Source of the DNA: an uncultured Bacilli bacterium
GTDB lineage: Bacteria > Bacillota_I > Bacilli_A > RF39 > UBA660
Length of the DNA stretch: 39,009 nt
Assembly: GCA_947625395.1 (NCBI GenBank)
Contig: CANQOD010000001.1
Location: 1-39,009 of the forward strand
Direction: 5' to 3'
How positions within the stretch are numbered: position 1 is the stretch's first letter; every line of letters starts with the position of its first letter. The notes under the pieces are model-generated. The model was not told the DNA's origin. It saw only the letters and a program-made list of their open reading frames with translations, and did no database searches. Positions 32,584-39,009 of this stretch are shown here, in pieces. A program made the position numbers and the translations under genes.

Positions 32584-33600
32584 TTGAAAAAAATGTTCCA
32601 GGAAATTAAACTGTATTGCAAAGAAAATAGCAAGTTTCTTCTTTTTTTAGTGGCGCTTTATCTGTTTTTGACCTTTCCTCTTCCATATTATATTTATACA
32701 GGGGGAGGAATTATTCCTGTCAACAAGCGAATTCAATTTGAAGAAAAATACACGGAAAAAGGAAGTTTCAATCTTGCTTATGTCAGTGAATGGAGAGGAA
32801 CGATTGCGACAATGTTGTTGTCGAAAGTGCACAGTGACTGGGAAGTGGTTCCCAAAGAAGAATATGCGCTTTCTACGGATGACAGCGAAGAAGATATCTT
32901 TTTTCGGGAGAAAATTGCTTTAGAAGAAGCCAACCAAAATGCGCTTTTACTGGCGTATCAAAAAGCAGGTAAAAAATACCAGGTGAAAAAGAAAAACTTC
33001 TATGTACTTTATGTTGAAGAGAAAGAAAAAGCCCCTTTAAAAGTGGGAGATATCATCAGAAAAGTGGAGGGGGTTTCCCTAGAAAGTATCGCGGATTACC
33101 GAAAAGTAATTGCCGAAAAAGCCGTGGGTGAATCCATCACTCTCACGATTGAACGAGAGGGAAAAGAACAAGAAGTCAGTGTGGAAGTTTTTACCAAAGA
33201 GAACCAAAAGCTGACGGGCTTATCTATCAAAGAAATTGACGAAATAAAGACAGAACCTCCCATGAAAATCCAATTTAAAGCCACGGAAAATGGGCCATCA
33301 GGGGGCTTGATGACCGCCCTTGCAGTCTATAATCGTATTACGAAAAAAGATTTGACGAATGGAAAAACGATTGTTGGAACCGGCACCATTGACCAAGAGG
33401 GAAATGTAGGAGAAATCGGTGGTGTTATTTATAAACTACAAGGAGCCGTCAAAGCCAAAGCAGATATTTTTTTGGTTCCCCAAGGCGATAATTATCGAGA
33501 TTGTCAAAAACAAATCAAAGAGAAACACTATCCAATTCAATTGATTGCAGTCAGTACCTTTGATGAAGCCATTGCCAAATTAGAGAAAATGATTTCTTAA
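32584..33600 (+). CDS. ylbL: Membrane-anchored PDZ + Lon-protease-C-terminal-domain serine protease (YlbL/SepM family)
   Basis: It has an N-terminal TM helix and a PDZ-like region (LKVGDIIRKVEGVSL). The Lon S16 catalytic motifs are GPSGGLMTALAVYN (Ser) and GEIGGVIYKLQGAVKAKADIFLVP (Lys). The start is uncertain: TTG at 32584 or ATG at 32593. Confidence 0.85.
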   Translation: MKKMFQEIKLYCKENSKFLLFLVALYLFLTFPLPYYIYTGGGIIPVNKRIQFEEKYTEKGSFNLAYVSEWRGTIATMLLSKVHSDWEVVPKEEYALSTDDSEEDIFFREKIALEEANQNALLLAYQKAGKKYQVKKKNFYVLYVEEKEKAPLKVGDIIRKVEGVSLESIADYRKVIAEKAVGESITLTIEREGKEQEVSVEVFTKENQKLTGLSIKEIDEIKTEPPMKIQFKATENGPSGGLMTALAVYNRITKKDLTNGKTIVGTGTIDQEGNVGEIGGVIYKLQGAVKAKADIFLVPQGDNYRDCQKQIKEKHYPIQLIAVSTFDEAIAKLEKMIS

Positions 33601-33626
33601 AATCTTGCAAAGACCACTTTCTTTGC

Positions 33627-33655
33627 TTGCGAAAGAAGAAAAATTTTAATACAAT
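33627..33655 (+). promoter_or_regulatory. Candidate promoter for mutS
   Basis: -35 TTGCGA (33627-33632), 17-nt spacer, -10 TACAAT (33650-33655). Confidence 0.45.
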
Positions 33656-33685
33656 AGAAAAGTGAAGAAAAGAGAAGTATGAAGT

Positions 33686-36241
33686 ATGAAACGTAGTGAA
33701 GTAGACCGTCAAAAATTAAGTCCAATGATGCAACAGTATCTTGACATTAAAGAACAATATGAAGATAGTATTTTGTTCTTTCGTATTGGCGATTTTTATG
33801 AAATGTTCTTTGAAGATGCCCTGCTTGCATCACGAGAGTTAGAGTTAACTTTAACAGGAAAACAAGCAGGAATTGGCGAAAAGGTGCCCATGTGTGGCGT
33901 TCCATTTAAAGCTTACAGTGGCTATTTAGATAAGTTGATTGAAAAAGGTTATAAAGTGGCCATTTGTGAACAATTAGAGGACCCGAAATCAACCAAAGAA
34001 ATGGTCAAGCGGGATGTCATTCAAGTCGTGACCAAAGGCACGCGCCTTGATAGAACGATTGATGCGAAAGAAAATAATTTCATTGGTAGTATTTATGATT
34101 TTGAGTATTGTTATGTGTTGTCTTATGCGGATATTTCTACGGGTGAATTTTATAGTATGCTCTTGAATGATGATGAGGCAATTGTCTTACGAGAAATTAC
34201 AAGACTCTCTTTAAAAGAAGTGATTGTCAATAGTAAATTTGACCGGACTTTGCTGTTGAAATTGCGTCAAAATTATCAACTGATGGTGACCATTACGGAT
34301 GATTTATATCAAGAAGAAGACTATGCCGCCATTTATAAAAAGATGAAAGATATTCGCATTGTAACAGGCGTGGAACATCTTCTTTACTATCTTTTAGATA
34401 CCAAGAAAGGAGATTTATCACATTTACAAGAAGTTGTTTTACTACAAGAAAAAGAGCATCTGATTTTAAGTGGCAATACCATGTATAATCTAGAACTTGT
34501 AGAAACAATGCGTACGAGAGAAAGACAGAATAGTTTGTTGTGGTTTTTAGATAAGAATAAAACAGCCATGGGGAGTCGTTTCTTAAAACAAGCCATTGAA
34601 AGTCCGTTGACCAATCGGGAAGCGATTGAAAGACGTTATCGTTTTGTGGATACTTTAAGAGTTCAGTTTATTTTACGGGACGATTTACGCGAAGCACTAG
34701 ACCGTGTCTACGACTTAGAACGATTGTCAGGCCGAGTGGCTTATGGAAACTTGAATGCAAGAGATTTATTACAGTTAAAGACTTCCTTGAAAGCGTTACC
34801 TGAAATTCAAAGAATCTTAGAAGAGTTATCTTATGACCGTGCCATTGAAACTTTTGATGAGCTTTATGCACTCTTAGAAAAATCGATTTGTGAAGAAGCA
34901 CCGATTTCAATCAAAGAGGGTTCTTTAATTAAGGAGGGCTATCATGAAGAGCTCGATTCGTTGCGGCATATTCGAAGTGGTTCTAAAGATTTCTTACTGC
35001 AATTTGAACAAGAAGAAAAAGATAGGACAGGCATTCGAACGTTAAAAGTTGGATACAATAAAATATTTGGCTATTATATTGAAGTGAGCAAAGGACAAAT
35101 TCCACTTATTAAGGAGGAGTTTGGCTATGAAAGACGACAAACCCTTGCCAATTGTGAACGGTTCACAACCCCTCTTTTAAAAGAAAAAGAAAATATTATT
35201 TTAGGGGCAGAAGAGAAAATTATCCAATTAGAATATCAATTGTTCATGGAAATCAGAGAGGTTGTAAAACGGTACATTGCTCCTTTACAAAAGACAGCGA
35301 AAATTTTAGCAGAGGTGGATATGCTCCAGGCATTTTCCCAAATTGCAGATGATTATCATTTCGTTCGTCCTGAATTAACCGAGAAAAAAGAGATTCGTAT
35401 GATAGAAAGTAGGCATCCAGTGATTGAAAAGGTGATGCAAGACAAGTATGTTTCGAATGATATTGTGATGGATGAAAATACAGATATTCTGTTAATCACA
35501 GGACCGAATATGGCTGGGAAGTCCACTTATATGCGCCAGCTAGCCATTATTGTTATCTTAGCGCAAATTGGTTCTTTTGTTCCTTGTACTTCTTGTAAAA
35601 TGCCTATCTTTGATAAGATTTTCACGCGAATTGGAGCGAGTGATGATTTGGTAAGTGGTGAATCTACTTTTATGGTAGAAATGAAAGAGGCCAATGAGGC
35701 ATTACAGGAAGCAACTGAGAAGAGCTTGATTCTGTTTGATGAATTAGGTCGAGGAACCGCAACGTATGATGGAATGAGTCTTGCTCAAGCGATTTTAGAA
35801 TACATTCATGATAAAGTTCACTGCAAAACTTTATTCTCTACGCACTACCATGAATTGACTACTTTGGAAGAAGCACTTCCTCATCTTAAAAATGTACATG
35901 TTTCTGCGCAAGAAGAAGAGGGCAAATTGATTTTTCTTCACAAAGTCAAAAAAGGTGCTGTCGATAAGAGCTATGGAATCAATGTGGCTTCACTTGCACT
36001 TTTACCAACAAGTTTAATTCAACGAGCCAAAGAAATTCTCTCGATTTATGAAACACAAGAGCAACATGAAAAAGTCTTTACGCAAACGAGTTTGTTTTCT
36101 TTAGAAGAAGAGTCCGTGAAAGAAGAAAAGAATCCGTTAAAAGAACGTTTACAAGAAGTAAATCCACTTGAAATGACGCCGATTGAAGCTTTAAACTTTC
36201 TATATACTTTAAAAGAAGAAAGCAAAAAAGATGCAGAATAA
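33686..36241 (+). CDS. mutS: DNA mismatch repair protein MutS
   Basis: 851 aa. The N-terminus reads LSPMMQQYLDIKEQYEDSILFFRIGDFYEMFFEDA. Walker A is GPNMAGKSTYMRQ, followed by STFMVEM and DELGRGT. Confidence 0.97.
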   Translation: MKRSEVDRQKLSPMMQQYLDIKEQYEDSILFFRIGDFYEMFFEDALLASRELELTLTGKQAGIGEKVPMCGVPFKAYSGYLDKLIEKGYKVAICEQLEDPKSTKEMVKRDVIQVVTKGTRLDRTIDAKENNFIGSIYDFEYCYVLSYADISTGEFYSMLLNDDEAIVLREITRLSLKEVIVNSKFDRTLLLKLRQNYQLMVTITDDLYQEEDYAAIYKKMKDIRIVTGVEHLLYYLLDTKKGDLSHLQEVVLLQEKEHLILSGNTMYNLELVETMRTRERQNSLLWFLDKNKTAMGSRFLKQAIESPLTNREAIERRYRFVDTLRVQFILRDDLREALDRVYDLERLSGRVAYGNLNARDLLQLKTSLKALPEIQRILEELSYDRAIETFDELYALLEKSICEEAPISIKEGSLIKEGYHEELDSLRHIRSGSKDFLLQFEQEEKDRTGIRTLKVGYNKIFGYYIEVSKGQIPLIKEEFGYERRQTLANCERFTTPLLKEKENIILGAEEKIIQLEYQLFMEIREVVKRYIAPLQKTAKILAEVDMLQAFSQIADDYHFVRPELTEKKEIRMIESRHPVIEKVMQDKYVSNDIVMDENTDILLITGPNMAGKSTYMRQLAIIVILAQIGSFVPCTSCKMPIFDKIFTRIGASDDLVSGESTFMVEMKEANEALQEATEKSLILFDELGRGTATYDGMSLAQAILEYIHDKVHCKTLFSTHYHELTTLEEALPHLKNVHVSAQEEEGKLIFLHKVKKGAVDKSYGINVASLALLPTSLIQRAKEILSIYETQEQHEKVFTQTSLFSLEEESVKEEKNPLKERLQEVNPLEMTPIEALNFLYTLKEESKKDAE

Positions 36242-36292
36242 GTTTGTCTTTGCAAGAAAGTTAAAATTTGATATGATAAGAAAGGTGAGAGC

Positions 36293-36703
36293 ATGAAAAA
36301 TAGAAGTGAACTAAGAAATAGTATTATCAAAATTTTATACCAAATTTTTATTTATGAAGAGATTAAAACACCTTATCAGGTAGAGGATATTATTCAAGAA
36401 GAACTGGAAATTGAAAATGATTTTGTCAAGGAAATGGTTCATGGTATTTTAGAAAAGCAAGAAGAAATTAAACAGCTGGCCAATCAATATTTGGTCGACT
36501 GGGAATATCGACGCTTATCAAAAGTCGACCAAGCGATTTTAGCTCTTGGCATTTATGAACTAAAGTATACGGATACGCCAAGTATTGTTGCGATTAATGA
36601 AGCAGTGGAGTTATCGAAATCTTATAGTGATGAAAAGGTGACAAAAATGATAAATGGGGTATTAGATACGATTTATCATAGTGAAGAGGGAAGAGAGGAA
36701 TGA
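36293..36703 (+). CDS. nusB: Transcription antitermination factor NusB
   Basis: 136 aa with SD AAAGGTGA. Conserved NusB core: RRLSKVDQAILALGIYELKYTDTPSIVAINEAVELSKSYSDEKVTKMINGVLD. Confidence 0.92.
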   Translation: MKNRSELRNSIIKILYQIFIYEEIKTPYQVEDIIQEELEIENDFVKEMVHGILEKQEEIKQLANQYLVDWEYRRLSKVDQAILALGIYELKYTDTPSIVAINEAVELSKSYSDEKVTKMINGVLDTIYHSEEGREE

Positions 36704-37953
36704 AAGAAGAATACTTAACTGTCAGTCAATTGAATCGTTATATTAAATATCGTTTGGATAATGATGAGAATTTACAAGAAGTTTACTTGCGGGGTGAGAT
36801 TTCTAATTTTAAGGCGCATACAAGAGGACATTTTTACTTCACTTTAAAAGATGAAAATTCGAGAATCAATGCGATTATGTTTGCTTCTAACACAACGAAA
36901 GTCAAGTTTACGCCACAAGATGGCATGAAAGTTTTAGTCACAGGTAAAATTAATGTCTATGAAGCGAGTGGTGCTTATCAGATTTATGTCAATACGATGC
37001 AGGAAGATGGGATTGGAAATTTATATATTGCCTTTGAACAACTCAAGAAAAAATTAAAAGCAGAGGGCTTGTTTGATGAAAGTCACAAACAAAAAATTCC
37101 AAGAATTCCCAAACGTATTGGTGTTATTACAGCGCCTACAGGTGCGGCGATTAGAGATATTTTATCAACGATTAAAAGACGTTTTCCTCTTGCGGAAGTT
37201 TTATTGCTTCCTGCGCTTGTACAAGGAGAGGCAGCTAGTTTAGACATTGCTTCACAAATAAAGAATGCCGAAAAATATGATTTAGATGTGCTGATTGTGG
37301 GCCGTGGAGGAGGAAGTATTGAAGACCTTTGGGCCTTTAATGAAGAAGTGGTTGCCCGGGCGATTTATGATTGTCCGATTCCAGTGATTAGTGCTGTTGG
37401 CCATGAAATTGATTATACAATTGCGGACTTTGTGGCAGATTTAAGAGCGCCTACACCAACAGGTGCGGCAGAACTGGCGGTTCCGAATCGACAAGATGTC
37501 CTGAATTATATTGCACAGTTGACGATTCGTTCTAAAAAAGCGATGCTTACCAAGTTGAATTATCAAAAGCAACAATTGTCACAAGTTTTATCAAGACCTG
37601 TTTTGAAACAACCACTTCGACTTTATGAAGCCAAAGAACAAAAATTTGATTTGCTTTATGAAAAACTATTGAAAGCGATGCAGAATAAAATTGATAGAAA
37701 ACAACATCAATTTGACTTGATTTGTCAAGCACCTGTTTTTAAAACACCGATGGAAGTGTTGGAAAAGCCAAAACGAAATTATCTTATCCTTTTAGAAAAA
37801 TTGGAATTATTAAATCCTTTGTTGACAATTAAGCGAGGATATTCTGTTATCAAAAAAGAGGAAAAGGTTATTACTTCTGTACATCAGCTCAAAAAAAAGG
37901 ATGAAATTGAATTGGAATTACAAGATGGCAAATTAAATGCCCAAATTATATAG
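36700..37953 (+). CDS. xseA: Exodeoxyribonuclease VII large subunit
   Basis: 417 aa. The N-terminal OB fold reads LTVSQLNRYIKYRLDNDENLQEVYLRGEISNFKAHTRGHFYFTLKD. The catalytic core reads IGVITAPTGAAIRDIL ... GRGGGSIEDLWAFNEE. It is ATGA-coupled to nusB. Confidence 0.95.
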   Translation: MKEEYLTVSQLNRYIKYRLDNDENLQEVYLRGEISNFKAHTRGHFYFTLKDENSRINAIMFASNTTKVKFTPQDGMKVLVTGKINVYEASGAYQIYVNTMQEDGIGNLYIAFEQLKKKLKAEGLFDESHKQKIPRIPKRIGVITAPTGAAIRDILSTIKRRFPLAEVLLLPALVQGEAASLDIASQIKNAEKYDLDVLIVGRGGGSIEDLWAFNEEVVARAIYDCPIPVISAVGHEIDYTIADFVADLRAPTPTGAAELAVPNRQDVLNYIAQLTIRSKKAMLTKLNYQKQQLSQVLSRPVLKQPLRLYEAKEQKFDLLYEKLLKAMQNKIDRKQHQFDLICQAPVFKTPMEVLEKPKRNYLILLEKLELLNPLLTIKRGYSVIKKEEKVITSVHQLKKKDEIELELQDGKLNAQII

Positions 37954-37961
37954 GAGGATTT

Positions 37962-38192
37962 ATGGAAAAAAAAGAAAAAACATTTGAAGAAAATTTAGAA
38001 GCTTTAGAAGCTTTGGTTAAAAAACTAGAAAGTGGGGAAACACCTCTTGACCATGCGATTGAAGACTTTAATGAAGCCATGAAACTGGCAAAACTTTGTG
38101 ATGAGAAATTAAAAAAGTCAGAAACAATGCTTTCTAAAATTGTAAAAGAAGATGGTACAACAGAAAACTTTGAAATTGAAGAAGAGAAATAA
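37962..38192 (+). CDS. xseB: Exodeoxyribonuclease VII small subunit
   Basis: 76 aa, FEENLEALEALVKKLESGETPLDHAIEDFNEAMKLAKLCDEKL, with SD AGGAGG. It immediately follows xseA. Confidence 0.92.
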   Translation: MEKKEKTFEENLEALEALVKKLESGETPLDHAIEDFNEAMKLAKLCDEKLKKSETMLSKIVKEDGTTENFEIEEEK

Positions 38193-38200
38193 TTTATTAA

Positions 38201-38887
38201 ATGGACGATATTACTAAGATTTTTGTATTTTGCTATGCAGTGATTGTACTTTTCCTCTTTTTTTTGCTAGAAAAAAATAAGAAAGAATTCCTTGAAGAAA
38301 TTTTAAGAAGAATTGGAACTTTATGGCTTGAACTCTCTATTTTTAATATTGTTATCTCCATTGGGTTTGGTTCACTGATGAAAATATCAGTAGAATCACG
38401 ATACCAACTGGTATGGATATTTAATGAATATATTCTCTTTTTTCTTTATTTTCTTGCTTTTAATTTTCTTATTTTTCAAGAAAATACGATTCGACATCAA
38501 ATAAAAAAATTTATAGAAGCTGCGATTAAAACAATAGAAAATCATTTTTTGTTTCATCTTTTATTTTTGTTATTAGCTATTTTTTTCTATACAGTTTATA
38601 AAGATTTATTTATTGCTTTAGTGGCTTCCTATATTTTTTATTTTTTAACAGAAATGACTCGGGAATATGAAAAGAATAGAGGAAAAGAGTCAAATAAGTT
38701 ATTTTTAGGGCAGATAGTCATCAATCTAATTTACCTTATAATACTGGCAGCTGTGTTTCAGATGAAGCGTTTTTCTTTAGTGAAAATTAGCTTGTCTTTT
38801 GGATTTTTTGTTTGCGCTCTTCTTATCTTTTATTTTGTAGTCAGCCATTGTAATAAAAAAATTGATAGAGGAAAACATCTCAAATGA
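38201..38887 (+). CDS. Hypothetical polytopic membrane protein
   Basis: 228 aa with about 6 hydrophobic helices and no recognisable motif. The SD is weak, so the start is uncertain. Confidence 0.55.
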   Translation: MDDITKIFVFCYAVIVLFLFFLLEKNKKEFLEEILRRIGTLWLELSIFNIVISIGFGSLMKISVESRYQLVWIFNEYILFFLYFLAFNFLIFQENTIRHQIKKFIEAAIKTIENHFLFHLLFLLLAIFFYTVYKDLFIALVASYIFYFLTEMTREYEKNRGKESNKLFLGQIVINLIYLIILAAVFQMKRFSLVKISLSFGFFVCALLIFYFVVSHCNKKIDRGKHLK

Positions 38888-38908
38888 TGTTTGAGATGTT
38901 TTCTTTTA
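38872..38908. terminator. Bidirectional Rho-independent terminator shared by convergent genes
   Basis: A 13-bp perfect stem AAAACATCTCAAA (38872-38884) / TTTGAGATGTTTT (38890-38902) with a 5-nt loop. It is T-rich downstream on the plus strand and A-rich upstream. It spans the TGA of the plus gene and abuts the stop of the minus gene. Confidence 0.8.
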
Positions 38909-39009
38909 GTTTTGACTTTCTTCTAGCATTTTGGTAATAAAGATTCCATATCCTTTTTTTGCATCATTGACAATCACATGTGTCACTGCACCGATGATTT
39001 TATTATTTT
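38906..39009 (-). CDS. 3' end of a minus-strand CDS that starts beyond the window (unknown product)
   Basis: The reverse-complement frame reads ...NNKIIGAVTHVIVNDAKKGYGIFITKMLEESQN* and is open to the window edge. The stop is complementary to 38906-38908, directly next to the shared terminator. Confidence 0.4.
   Translation of the reverse strand, partial: NNKIIGAVTHVIVNDAKKGYGIFITKMLEESQN

Noticed and set aside
33607-33638. Alternative hairpins GCAAAGA/TCTTTGC and CTTTC/GAAAG after the ylbL-like gene
   Set aside because: The stems are short and mutually exclusive, with no U-tract. They also overlap the candidate mutS -35.
36250-36277. TTGCAA ... TGaTATGAT promoter-like pair upstream of nusB
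   Set aside because: The predicted start site would fall inside the nusB SD (AAAGGTGA, 36280-36287). nusB is more simply co-transcribed with mutS.
1-39009. CRISPR arrays, IS or transposase genes, integrases, prophage genes, tRNA or rRNA
   Set aside because: I saw no regularly spaced direct repeats, no terminal inverted repeats flanking a transposase-like ORF, and no cloverleaf-like or rRNA-like non-coding stretch. Intergenic regions are short and explained by promoters and terminators.

Overview
This is an AT-rich, Gram-positive (Bacillota-type) chromosomal window; the taxon is an inference from gene content and Shine-Dalgarno usage. Positions 1-28.8 kb hold a large cell-envelope glycopolymer locus. 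It is built from several same-strand transcription units, each preceded by a recognisable sigma-A (often extended -10) promoter. The units are: (i) four glycosyltransferases (GT2, multidomain GT2, GT-B, GT2); (ii) an ABC-2 exporter (ATPase then permease) co-transcribed with two tandem paralogous ~960-aa polytopic membrane proteins of no family I recognise; (iii) a 1174-aa secreted GH73-like glucosaminidase with SH3b-like, tandem Ig-like and duplicated C-terminal modules; (iv) a 485-aa polytopic membrane protein; (v) GtrA-like protein, GT2, SDR epimerase, nucleotidyltransferase, a flippase-like-TM::kinase fusion and a HAD enzyme; (vi) a GtrB/CsbB-type polyprenyl-phosphate GT, a 566-aa membrane protein and an O-antigen-ligase/polymerase-like protein. 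One reverse-oriented GT2 closes the locus. Positions 29.1-31.6 kb carry a GspE/PilB-family ATPase divergent from two prepilin-type genes, with no platform protein or prepilin peptidase in the window. Positions 31.6-39 kb are housekeeping: ylbJ-like, ylbL-like Lon/PDZ protease, mutS, nusB, xseA, xseB, a membrane protein, and the 3' end of a convergent gene. I saw no rRNA, tRNA, CRISPR array, transposase or phage genes. The most interesting signals are the uncharacterised tandem membrane-protein pair fused into the exporter operon and two G9 homopolymer tracts. One G9 lies inside paralog B, where paralog A encodes the same W-G-G-E-E residues without a homopolymer. The other lies in the -35/-10 spacer of the 485-aa membrane-protein gene. 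Together they suggest phase-variable surface-glycan decoration. All functional calls come from motifs read by eye; no database search was possible.
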